Part shown: positions 54,367 to 63,745 of the stretch, one piece after another
Numbering within the stretch: position 1 is the first letter of the stretch
How the letters are laid out: every line of letters begins with the position of its first letter
NCBI GenBank assembly: GCA_965649265.1
Contig: CBFGKC010000001.1
Span: forward strand, 77,119 to 141,118
DNA from: a candidate division WOR-3 bacterium
Lineage (GTDB): Bacteria > Hydrothermota > Tepidihabitantia > B3-TA06
Reading direction: 5' to 3'
Length of the DNA stretch: 64,000 nucleotides
Program-made: the position numbers and the translations under genes
The notes under the pieces: generated by a model
What the model was told of the DNA's origin: nothing
The model's database searches: none
What the model saw: only the letters and a program-made list of their open reading frames with translations

Positions 54367-57300
54367 ATGGGCAGAAATTCCGGTGCGGCCGAAGGGCCTG
54401 TAACCGTCGAAAAAGAAAGGAAAATCAAGGACGTATTCCGCGTGAGGCTTATTCGTGGATTTCTGTTTTGGGGAGTGGTTGCAGGCGCGCTCATGTGGTT
54501 TACAGGGACCCTGATCGAGAGCGTCTTCTTTACTTACCGCCCGTATCTCGAGCAGCTGCTTTATCCGGCGACTTATACGCTGGTCGTTCACATCTCATCG
54601 TCTTTGATATGCGTCGGTGTGGGTGTCGCACTCGAGCTCGCCCACAAACGCTACCGCAAGAGCCAGAACCGGCGTGCTGAGGAACTATCCACCCTTTTCG
54701 AAACCAGCGCGGCGGTATCTTCGACTCTTGATGAGTCCGACCTCAGACAGTTGATTGTCGACAGGGCGGGCGAGCTTTTGCGCGCGGACGGCTGCATCTT
54801 TTACGGCTACGACGAGGTTCAAAAAGTGCTTGTGCCCATGGCCACGAGCGTCAACCTTTACCGGGAAGAGATAATGCGGTTCAACGTACCCATGGGCGAG
54901 GGAATCACGGGGCGCGCCGCGCTCGAGCGTCGTACGATTCTCGCGAATAAGGTGCATCTCAATCCCGAGGCAAAGCACATTCCGGGTACACCAAACAACC
55001 CGACGTCGATTCTTGCGGCACCTCTGGTCTCGGGCAGCGAGTTCCTCGGCGCCATGAGCGTTCTTCGCCTGAGCGAAAGGGATTTCAACGAGCATGACCT
55101 GGGCCTTTTCACCCTTTTCGTGAGCCAGGCTTCCGAGGCTGCGGGGCACTCAAGGCTCTTCAGCAGGCTGCGCGAATCGGAGAAGCGTTTCCGCAGCTTT
55201 GAAGGTGTGGTCACCGATATGATCTACCGGTACGATACCGGCCGCAAGGATTACGACTTCATCTCTCCTTCCTTCGAGACCATGACCGGATACACCATCG
55301 CGGAGATCCGGAAAAACCCGCCGCATTTCTGGGAGAACCTCGTGTACCCAGAGGACGCCCAGAGGGTGAAAGACGAGATCAAGACCCAGCTCTCCACCCG
55401 GGGGGGCGACGATTCGTACAACCTTGAATACAGGATCGTAGCCAAGTCGGGTGAGGTGCTTTGCGTGAACGAGCGCGGCAACTTCGAGCTGGACAGGGAT
55501 GGTAATATAGCGAGCTTTAACGGCGTCGTAAGAGACATAACGGAACGCAAACACACCGAGCTTCTTAGAGAAGTTAAAGCCAGGCTGCTCGAAAAGCTGC
55601 GCCAGGCCGGGAGCATCGAGGACTGCCTCAACCGGGGCTGCCAGGCCGTCAGTGAGGCAAGGCTCTTCAAACGCGCGATTTTCACCACGAAGGACGAGAA
55701 CGGTATGACCACCCACATCGGCCAGACCGGGATAGACCGGGCGCTGCTCGAAGAGATGAACAAAAAGCCGCCTGCTCCGAAAGAGCTGCTTGCGCGCGTC
55801 CTCAGGGAAGAGTTCAAGATAAGCCACTCGTACTTTGTAACCGCAGAATCGGGAGCCAACCTGGAGATAGCAAAAACCGGCCGGTATCTCTTGCAAGAGG
55901 AATCGTCCGGAGCGGGACCCAACGCCTGGCAAAGGGGAGACGAACTTCTCGTTCCGATGTTCGGTATGGACGGTTCGATGGAGAGTTTCCTTACCGTGGA
56001 CACGCCTTACAGCGGCGCGCGTCCCGACAAGGCTACGGTGTTATATCTCGAAGACATTGCCGATATTGTGGCACGCCAGATTCACGAGATTGAGAATCTC
56101 GAGGCACTCCGGACCTCGGAGGAGCTGAGCAGGACGGTAATTGAGCGTTCTCCTCTGGGGGTCTCAATACGAAACAAAAACGGCAAGCTTTTGAGTGCGA
56201 ACGAAGCCTGGAAGAAAATCTGGGCTATGCCGGAAGTGGAATACAGGGCGGATTTGAAAAGGGAGAGACAGGAGCTTCACTTTGAAAAAAGGGACTCGTA
56301 TCTTAAAACCTGGCAGCCGCAGGTCAGGGAGATATACGAGAAGGGCGGGTACCTGCATATCCCGGAGGTCCAGGTTCTGAATCCAAGGCCGGGCGGTGCC
56401 CTGTGGGTATCGCACCATTTTTACGCGATAAGGGGTTCGTCGGGTGAGGTAAGCAATGTGGTGATTCTCACGGAGGACATCTCGGACCATAAAAAGGCCG
56501 AAGAGGCGCTCATGGATTCGGAGGAACGTTACCGCAGCCTTACGGAGAGCGCTCTCGTGGGGATATACATCTTCTCGCCCGATAACCGCTTTCTTTACGC
56601 GAACCCGGCTACCGAAAAGATTTTCGGATACACGCGCGAAGAGCTTATGGCGATGGAGAACCCCTGGGGTGTCGTCCTCGAAGAAGACATTGAAAACGTC
56701 ATAAACGAACGTGAAAGGATGCGGTTGCGCGGAGAGTTCGTGCCTCCGACGTACGACCTTCGCATACGCCGCAAATCCGGCGAGGTGGCGGTTCTCGAGA
56801 TCAAATCGCACCCGATAATATTCGAAGGCAAAACGGCCTACCTGGGCAACTGCATCGACATAACCGAGCGTAAAAGAGTCCAGGATGCGCTTTCGAGGGA
56901 GCACAGCGCATTCAGGATAATAGCCGAGGCATCCATTCGCGCCGAGAATATTCCCGATTTGTGCCAGCGTGTGCTTTCGGGACTTGTTGACGCGCTCGGT
57001 TTCGACGCCGGAACCTTCAGGCTCTACGACGAGGGGGAAAGCGTTCTCGAACTGGTTGCATCTGTGGGCCTGAGGGAAGAGGAAAAAGCCAATCTCGTGT
57101 ACTTGCAGACTATCGACGACCCTCGTTACGTGGCCGCGTTTACGGCGCGTACGCGCAAGCCGTTGATTGTTCCTGACGTCGCTAAGGAAGAAATGCTCGA
57201 TCCTTACCTCGAAAGGCTGAATAAATTTTCCGAGCGCTCGCTCATATCATGGCCCATGCTCGGTGCGCGGGAGAATCTTCTCGGGATATGGCATCTGTGG

Positions 57301-59601
57301 TCGAGGGAAAGGGTCGAAATCTCAGGTACCGATCAGAGCTTCTTTGAACGAGTCTCAGGCATGTTCGGCGCTGCACTCGAACGCAAGCACGCGGAGGAGG
57401 CGCTTCGCGAATCCGAGGAGCGCTACCGCGCGTTCACCGAGGAGGCAATGGTCGGCGTTTACATATACCGCGAGGGCAGTTTCCTTTTCGTGAACCGGGA
57501 GATGGAGCGCATCTCAGGATACTCGAGGGAGGAACTCCTAGCCAACCCTCCCGACATCATGGTTCTTCCCGAGGAGGAGGAGAGTCTGAAGGCGCGTGAG
57601 CGCGACCAGAAGGAGGGCAGGGAGGTTCCGAGACAGTACAACATGAGAATCTATCGTAAGACCGGCGAGATATCGATGCTCGAGGTCCGCACGAGGCCCA
57701 TCATCTACGGCGGCGAAATGGCCTTCCTGGGCAACTGCGTGGACGTGACCGAGGTCCGCAAGATGCAAGAAGCGCTTAGTGAATCCGAGGAGCGCTACCG
57801 TGTTCTCACCGAGGAAGCCATGATGGGCATCTACGTCGCATCGGGCTCCAGATTCGTATTCGCAAACCCGGCCATGGAGAAAATAACGGGCTATTCGAGG
57901 GAAGAGCTTCTCGGGCTCTCGCTGGAGGATATTATCCATCCGGAGGAACTAGATGTAGCAAAGGAGCGCGAAAGTCAGCTTAAACCCGGTGAACCCGACC
58001 AGTACAACATGAGAATCAAGAAAAAGGACGGTGGTCTGGCAGTGCTCGAGGTGCGCACCAGGCCGCTCTCCTCGACAGGGGAAGGGTCAGTCTTTTTGGG
58101 CAACTGCGTGGATGTGACCGAACTCGTGAACCAGAGGGCGCAAATCGAGCACGCGAAGCTTGAATGGGAACGCACCTTCGATTCGATACCGGACATGGTA
58201 ATGATACTCGACATCCAGCAGAATATCATCAGGGCAAACAGAGCGGTGGCCGAATACATGGCAGTGGGCTTTCCGGAACTTTTGGGCAAGAAATACCTTG
58301 AAGTCTTTCACTTGAAAGGCAGGGAAAGCGCCGCGATCCGCAGGATACAGTCAAAGATTCCCGAGCACTTTGAGATAGCCGATCCCGTGACGAAGAGAAC
58401 GTTCTCGGTCTCTGTCGCCCCTCTTCTCGATCCATCGGGCGAGGTGCTTGCGAGGGTTTACGTGGCCCGTGACATAACGGACATGAGGAGCATAGAGGAG
58501 GCGCTCGTTCAGTCCGAAGCACAGTTCAGAGGGCTTGCCGAAAGCGCACAGGACGTCATATTCAGCCTCGATCATGAAGGAAAAGTCCTCTACATCAACC
58601 CGGCGCTGAAGGAGATTTTCGACTACGACCCCGCCAGTATAGTGGGGGTGACGGTAAGAGATCTTATCGAAACAAGGAACGTGCCGGCCTCGACGCGATC
58701 GGTCATATACGAGAATCTCTTTGAGCGAACACTTAAGGGGAAAACGGCCGTTTTCGAGATAGAGATAGAGGATGCGTCCAAACGCATCCACGTTCTTGAG
58801 GTCTCTGTAAGAAAACTCCCGAACCAGATTCTGGGAATTGCTCGCGACATCACGAATCGCAAGCGAATGGAAGAACAGCTCATAAGGGCTTCCAAGCTGG
58901 CATCCATAGGCGTACTGGCCGCAGGCATCGCGCACCAGGTCAACAATCCCCTCGCGATCATGCTCGCCACTTCCACCGTGCTGCGGGATATTATTTCTTC
59001 GAACTCCCAGATACCGCCTCAGGTGTCCGAGGAAGCTTCAAAATACCTCGATACCATGGAGATACAGGTCGAGAGAACTCGCAGGGTCGTTTCAGGTCTC
59101 CTTGAATTCACCCAGCCCAAGCGAAGCGAGGTCGAGCCCTCGGACGTTAACGTGATTGTCAGCGAAGCACTCGAACTGCTTGCCGATCCGCTCGATTCAT
59201 CCAACCTTGACCTCGACGTCACGTTCGACGACGATCTGCCGCTCGTACTGGTCGATCCTGTTGCCTTGCAGCAATCTCTCATCAACATTATCCAGAATGC
59301 CTATGAAGCCATGAACGGAAAGGGCAAGCTTGAGGTAAAAATAGAAAGATCAGGGAGCGATACCATCCGCATTACGCTCTCCGATAACGGCCCTGGGATT
59401 CCGCCTTATTTGAAGGAAGAAATATTCGAGCCGTTATTCACGACGAAGACTGACAGAAAGGGCACCGGTCTTGGGCTTCCAGTGAGTGTCATGCTCCTGG
59501 AACGCTTTGGCGGCAGTATTCGTCTCGAGGATACTCCCGGCGGCGGAGCGACGTTCGTTATAGAAGTTCCGATACGAGAAAAGGAGCAGGATGCAAGCTG
59601 A
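54367..59601 (+). CDS. Large membrane-anchored multi-GAF/PAS histidine kinase (NtrB-like)
   Basis: 2 TM helices, about 3 GAF and 7 PAS domains (DITERK-like linkers), AHQVNNPL, NAYEA, DNGPG, GTGLGL; promoter TTGACA-N17-TATACT at 54241-54269. Confidence 0.9.
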   Translation: MGRNSGAAEGPVTVEKERKIKDVFRVRLIRGFLFWGVVAGALMWFTGTLIESVFFTYRPYLEQLLYPATYTLVVHISSSLICVGVGVALELAHKRYRKSQNRRAEELSTLFETSAAVSSTLDESDLRQLIVDRAGELLRADGCIFYGYDEVQKVLVPMATSVNLYREEIMRFNVPMGEGITGRAALERRTILANKVHLNPEAKHIPGTPNNPTSILAAPLVSGSEFLGAMSVLRLSERDFNEHDLGLFTLFVSQASEAAGHSRLFSRLRESEKRFRSFEGVVTDMIYRYDTGRKDYDFISPSFETMTGYTIAEIRKNPPHFWENLVYPEDAQRVKDEIKTQLSTRGGDDSYNLEYRIVAKSGEVLCVNERGNFELDRDGNIASFNGVVRDITERKHTELLREVKARLLEKLRQAGSIEDCLNRGCQAVSEARLFKRAIFTTKDENGMTTHIGQTGIDRALLEEMNKKPPAPKELLARVLREEFKISHSYFVTAESGANLEIAKTGRYLLQEESSGAGPNAWQRGDELLVPMFGMDGSMESFLTVDTPYSGARPDKATVLYLEDIADIVARQIHEIENLEALRTSEELSRTVIERSPLGVSIRNKNGKLLSANEAWKKIWAMPEVEYRADLKRERQELHFEKRDSYLKTWQPQVREIYEKGGYLHIPEVQVLNPRPGGALWVSHHFYAIRGSSGEVSNVVILTEDISDHKKAEEALMDSEERYRSLTESALVGIYIFSPDNRFLYANPATEKIFGYTREELMAMENPWGVVLEEDIENVINERERMRLRGEFVPPTYDLRIRRKSGEVAVLEIKSHPIIFEGKTAYLGNCIDITERKRVQDALSREHSAFRIIAEASIRAENIPDLCQRVLSGLVDALGFDAGTFRLYDEGESVLELVASVGLREEEKANLVYLQTIDDPRYVAAFTARTRKPLIVPDVAKEEMLDPYLERLNKFSERSLISWPMLGARENLLGIWHLWSRERVEISGTDQSFFERVSGMFGAALERKHAEEALRESEERYRAFTEEAMVGVYIYREGSFLFVNREMERISGYSREELLANPPDIMVLPEEEESLKARERDQKEGREVPRQYNMRIYRKTGEISMLEVRTRPIIYGGEMAFLGNCVDVTEVRKMQEALSESEERYRVLTEEAMMGIYVASGSRFVFANPAMEKITGYSREELLGLSLEDIIHPEELDVAKERESQLKPGEPDQYNMRIKKKDGGLAVLEVRTRPLSSTGEGSVFLGNCVDVTELVNQRAQIEHAKLEWERTFDSIPDMVMILDIQQNIIRANRAVAEYMAVGFPELLGKKYLEVFHLKGRESAAIRRIQSKIPEHFEIADPVTKRTFSVSVAPLLDPSGEVLARVYVARDITDMRSIEEALVQSEAQFRGLAESAQDVIFSLDHEGKVLYINPALKEIFDYDPASIVGVTVRDLIETRNVPASTRSVIYENLFERTLKGKTAVFEIEIEDASKRIHVLEVSVRKLPNQILGIARDITNRKRMEEQLIRASKLASIGVLAAGIAHQVNNPLAIMLATSTVLRDIISSNSQIPPQVSEEASKYLDTMEIQVERTRRVVSGLLEFTQPKRSEVEPSDVNVIVSEALELLADPLDSSNLDLDVTFDDDLPLVLVDPVALQQSLINIIQNAYEAMNGKGKLEVKIERSGSDTIRITLSDNGPGIPPYLKEEIFEPLFTTKTDRKGTGLGLPVSVMLLERFGGSIRLEDTPGGGATFVIEVPIREKEQDAS

Positions 59602-60985
59602 AGAATCGAAAGAGAGGATAAGGGTTCTCCTTGTTGACGATGAAAGGTCCTTTCTCGAGGCGACGTCAAAGGCGCTGAACGTGAGAGGCTGCGATATTGC
59701 CGTTGCATCGAGTGCGATGGACGCAATGGTCGAACTGGAATCGAGGTTCTTTGATGTTGTCGTTCTTGATCTCCGCATGCCCGGCATGGACGGGCTCGAA
59801 CTCATGCGCAAGCTTAACGCCGAGCGCCCCACCCAAAAGGTAGTGATCGTCACGGGCCACGCCACGGTCTCGACGGCGGTGGAGGCAATGAAGCTGGGCG
59901 CATTCGAGTTTCTCTTGAAACCCGTGAGAATAGACGATCTCCTTCGCGTGATACAGCGCGGGGCCGAGCTGGGACATCTTGAGCGCCAGAACATCGCGCT
60001 TGCCGAGGAACTCGAACGGCAGCGCGGTTCGGACAAGATAGTCGGTGAAAGCCAGGCCATCAAGAGCGTCAAGGAGTTCATAGACGATGCGGCGGCATCG
60101 AATCTTCCGGTGCTCATAACCGGTGAAAGCGGGACAGGTAAGGAACTCGTTGCCCGCGCGATACATGCGCGGAGCAATCGCTCGGCGAACCAGCTCGTGA
60201 TCGTTGACGGCTCCACCCTTCGTGAAGAGCTCATCGCCTCCGAGCTGTTCGGACACGAGAAAGGCGCCTTTACGGGGGCCGTCACGAAAAAAGCGGGTCT
60301 GTTTGAGATAGCCGACAGAGGGTGTATTTTTCTCGACGAGATAGCCGAACTCTCCGCGTCCAACCAGGCCGCTCTGTTGCGCGTCATCGAGTACGGAACG
60401 TTCAGGCCGCTTGGAGGGTTAAGGGAGGTTCACACGAACGTGCGCATCATTGCCGCGACCAACCAGGATACAAAATGCCTTGTCGCCGAGGGCAGGTTCA
60501 GGGAGGACCTCTTTTACAGGCTCGCCGGCCTGATCATAAAGATACCGCCCCTGCGCGAGCGCAAGGAGGACATACCCGTTCTGACCGATTTCTTCCTTTC
60601 ACGCCACAACGTATCCAACGCGTCGCAGGTGAAAATATCCAGCCAAGCCCGGGAGGCTCTTCTCGAATACTCATGGCCGGGAAACGTGCGCGAGCTCTTG
60701 TACGTTCTGGAACGCGCCGCTCTCCTGGGCCGCAAGGAGGGTGTGATAACGGCCAACCTTGTTCCCGCGACCGACCGTAAAGATGAAGCGACCTCCGGCC
60801 AGCCTGCAGGGGAGTTTTGCCCAAAGGACAAGCCCACGCTCGCGGAGCTCTCGGCCCGTTACGAACAAGCCTACATAGGCAAGCTGCTTGCCGAGTTCGG
60901 CGGAAACAAGTCCGAGGTCGCAAGGGTGCTCGGGATAAGCAGATCCGTGCTCTACGACAAGCTGCGGAAGCTGGGACTGGAATAA
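59591..60985 (+). CDS. Sigma54-dependent response regulator (NtrC family)
   Basis: REC, GESGTGKE, GHEKGAFTGA, FLDEI, WPGNVREL, Fis-type HTH; overlaps the kinase stop. Confidence 0.93.
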   Translation: MQAEESKERIRVLLVDDERSFLEATSKALNVRGCDIAVASSAMDAMVELESRFFDVVVLDLRMPGMDGLELMRKLNAERPTQKVVIVTGHATVSTAVEAMKLGAFEFLLKPVRIDDLLRVIQRGAELGHLERQNIALAEELERQRGSDKIVGESQAIKSVKEFIDDAAASNLPVLITGESGTGKELVARAIHARSNRSANQLVIVDGSTLREELIASELFGHEKGAFTGAVTKKAGLFEIADRGCIFLDEIAELSASNQAALLRVIEYGTFRPLGGLREVHTNVRIIAATNQDTKCLVAEGRFREDLFYRLAGLIIKIPPLRERKEDIPVLTDFFLSRHNVSNASQVKISSQAREALLEYSWPGNVRELLYVLERAALLGRKEGVITANLVPATDRKDEATSGQPAGEFCPKDKPTLAELSARYEQAYIGKLLAEFGGNKSEVARVLGISRSVLYDKLRKLGLE

Positions 60986-60987
60986 AC

Positions 60988-61070
60988 CGCCCCATAAAAA
61001 TACAGGGTGTTTTTATGGGGACCCCAAATAAACATCCCAGGAAACCGCTTCGAGTTTCCTTAGGGACAAC
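60988..61070 (-). repeat. Two tandem N23 hairpin units with 45-bp period
   Basis: cgcccc-N23-ggggacccc at 60988-61025; catccc-N23-agggacaac at 61033-61070. Confidence 0.8.
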
Positions 61071-61449
61071 ACTACGTTATAGCTCCGAGAGTTTCATCCT
61101 TCAGAACTACCCACGGCAGCTGCACCTTCGAATGGAAGCCCGGAAATCAGTTCCTGGCTTTCGGGAACCTTTTAAAAAAAACCTTCGCGGGCTTGCGAAA
61201 GCGGTATGACGATCGATTTTAAAAGAGAACCATCCTCGCCTGAGATACCTTGAGTCTGTTCGCGATGCTCCAATGCTTGAGGAGGAGGGGGGGCGAAGCG
61301 AATCGAGCCGACGATTACATGTCCTAAAACCGGTCAGTTGCCCTAAAAACGGGCACCGTATGTACGGAATCCATACAAGCAAGTCCAGGAATTCGAAAGC
61401 GCCCCCTCCCCATGTCTCAAAATCCTGAGACTTATGCTCAAGCGAGTCC

Positions 61450-61465
61450 TGGCACGGAACTTGCT
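61450..61465 (+). promoter_or_regulatory. Sigma54 (-24/-12) promoter
   Basis: TGGCAC-GGAAC-TTGCT matches the consensus; 128 nt upstream of 61594. Confidence 0.85.
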
Positions 61466-61593
61466 CCTTTATTCGGGTGCGAGTTTTTGTGACGCGGTAC
61501 AGGTATTGTCTTAGGGAAGACAAACCATCCTGAGAGAGTGGCTAGGGGGGTGAGGGGATAGCTTGCAAGCCGTGAACTTTAAACGGAGAGAAT

Positions 61594-62307
61594 TTGAATA
61601 AGAGTAAGGCTAATATTCTATTTGTAGACGATGAGAGAGATTTCGCCGCAATGATGGCGAAGGTTTTGGAACTTCGCGGATTTTCAGTCGAAACTGCATT
61701 TTCCGGCCCCAGCGCTCTTAAAACCTACCAGTCAAAAAGGTACGATCTGGTGGTTTCCGATCTCAGCATGCCGGGTATGGACGGCATCGAGCTGATCCGC
61801 GAGATTCGCAGAATCAATTCCTCTCAGCGTATCATCATAATAACAGGTTTCCCGTCGCAAGCATCCCAGAGAGAGGCATTCAAACTTGGGACAATCAATT
61901 ACATCGTCAAGCCTTTTTCCGTTAACAGGTTCCTTGAGGTGATTTCGGAGTCGCTAGAAGATGATGAGGAGGGTTTGCTGGGGCCGGTTCGTCTTAAATG
62001 CGAGGATCTCATACAAATGTACGCGCTCGGCGCGCAAAACATTACCATAGAGATACTTAACGCTCGTACGGGCGAATTGGGCCGCGTTTTCATAGAAAAA
62101 GGCAAGGTTGTGCATGCCGAGGCGGGAAAACTCAAGGGCGAGCAGGCGTTTTACGAGATTCAGTCGTGGGACTCCGGTGTGTTCAGAACGGAACCTCTCA
62201 AGGGCAAGGTTCCCAGAACCATTGACCGCAGCCCCGATGCCCTCATCCTCGAGGCGGCGCGCAGGCTTGACGAAAGTCCTGGGGTACGCCGCAAGTCTGC
62301 AAGGTAG
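61594..62307 (+). CDS. Receiver + DUF4388 (PATAN-like) protein
   Basis: FVDDE..SDLSMP..KPF; DLIQMY..GRVFIEKGKVVHA..GEQAFYEIQSWDSGVF. Confidence 0.85.
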   Translation: MNKSKANILFVDDERDFAAMMAKVLELRGFSVETAFSGPSALKTYQSKRYDLVVSDLSMPGMDGIELIREIRRINSSQRIIIITGFPSQASQREAFKLGTINYIVKPFSVNRFLEVISESLEDDEEGLLGPVRLKCEDLIQMYALGAQNITIEILNARTGELGRVFIEKGKVVHAEAGKLKGEQAFYEIQSWDSGVFRTEPLKGKVPRTIDRSPDALILEAARRLDESPGVRRKSAR

Positions 62308-62316
62308 GAACTCCAG

Positions 62317-62640
62317 ATGCAAAAAAAGAAACAAGGCTTGAATTCATTCCATACCCTGGAGAAATTCGTGGCTCTGCTCGAGAATCTTCCCGGCGCCTAC
62401 GAGGTGTACTTAACGTCCGAGGCGGGGGAGGAGGGGGTCCTCTTTTGCGGGAACAAGATAATTCGTCATGCCGCATGCAAGGATCTCTCCGGCATGAATG
62501 CGATGAGCGAGATTCTTTCATGGAACGGGGTCAATTTTAACATCCGTCACGTTCCAACAAGCCCCGAACGCGAGATTTACATACCCCTGAACTACCTCCT
62601 TAAGGTTCTCAAGGAAAAGGTCGGGGCAGGGGTCTTCTAA
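62317..62640 (+). CDS. Stand-alone DUF4388-like domain protein
   Basis: GVLFCGNKIIRHAA..SGMNAMSEILSWNGVNF..I..PLNYLL parallels the DUF4388 pattern of the upstream gene. Confidence 0.65.
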   Translation: MQKKKQGLNSFHTLEKFVALLENLPGAYEVYLTSEAGEEGVLFCGNKIIRHAACKDLSGMNAMSEILSWNGVNFNIRHVPTSPEREIYIPLNYLLKVLKEKVGAGVF

Positions 62641-62755
62641 GGGCCGGTTTTCCGTCGTCTACTGAAAGCATAACAGACGTTTTTGACGAAAACATCTTGC
62701 GTCCCTCATTTTTTCCATTATAATATAGCAGTAAAGGATAAAAAGGAGGGCGTAA

Positions 62756-63607
62756 ATGCCCGAGGAGATTAGTAAACAAACGATTCCCAGCGTTTTGTTC
62801 GTCGATGACGAAGTGGATTTCGCTGAGGCCATGTCAACACTCCTGGGGGCTGAGGGTTTTGAAGTAAGCGTAGCACATTCAGGTGCCGAGGCTTTGAATA
62901 CATACTCGAAAGGGAAGTTCGACCTGATAGTGACCGATCTCAAGATGCCTGTGATGGACGGGATCGAGCTCGTGCGTAACATACGCAGGCAGAACCCGAC
63001 ACAACCCATCGTTATCGTTACCGGTTTCCCCGGCCAGCTTACACCCTGGAACCGCCGGTTTAACGATAAGGATGAGGATCTGGTGGAGCTTGGGTCACTT
63101 AATTATCTCGTGAAGCCGTTCCAGCCAAAAAGACTCGTCGAGGTTGTCCGCGGCGCAATCGAAAAGCAGAAGGCAAGGCTTGCTCGCGCCAAAAGAACCC
63201 CGCCTCTTTCGGTTGCCGTTGCCGAGCAGTCGGGGTTGAGCTGGGTGTCAAAGGTAGCCCAGAAGACCCTTGAAGAAAGCGCGGACGCCATAGACGGTCT
63301 CATGGCTTCAGGCATTGCCGATACATCGGGCCGCATTCTTGCCGAGATTAACCCGGCCTCGATCCCTCAGAACTTGTACTGCGGCCGCTTCGCGATAGTC
63401 ATGGCCATACTGCGCGAGACCGCCCGCGACATGGGCAACGGCAAGGTGGTCGAGACAATCGTCGAGTCGGACTCGCACTGGAGCGTGGCTCACTTCATAG
63501 GCCAGAGCAACTACTACCTCTGTGTCGTGGCCTCGCGCCAGACAACGCTCGGCAACCTGAGAACCCTTGTCCGCAAACTGGCGGAGCGTTTCGAGAAGGT
63601 GATATAG
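62756..63607 (+). CDS. Receiver + Roadblock/LC7 (MglB-like) domain protein
   Basis: REC motifs; C-terminal IDGLMASGIADTSGRILA...VVETIVES...YLCVVA..TTLGNLR; promoter TTGCGT-N16-TATAAT at 62697-62724. Confidence 0.78.
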   Translation: MPEEISKQTIPSVLFVDDEVDFAEAMSTLLGAEGFEVSVAHSGAEALNTYSKGKFDLIVTDLKMPVMDGIELVRNIRRQNPTQPIVIVTGFPGQLTPWNRRFNDKDEDLVELGSLNYLVKPFQPKRLVEVVRGAIEKQKARLARAKRTPPLSVAVAEQSGLSWVSKVAQKTLEESADAIDGLMASGIADTSGRILAEINPASIPQNLYCGRFAIVMAILRETARDMGNGKVVETIVESDSHWSVAHFIGQSNYYLCVVASRQTTLGNLRTLVRKLAERFEKVI

Positions 63608-63610
63608 CTA

Positions 63611-63745
63611 TTCCCCGTAAAAGTATGTCGTACTTTTGCGGGGACCCCGACGACTTTGCACCCCGGGAATAAACCCCGCATTTTTTCTCCGCAAACGTCG
63701 TCATTTCATGTCCGGGGACCCCGACGACTTTCAGAGAAAGTCGTT
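63611..63745. repeat. Cluster of GGGGACCCC-N23 hairpin units
   Basis: ttcccc-N23-ggggacccc 63611-63648; ggggacccc-N23 63714-63745. Confidence 0.75.
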
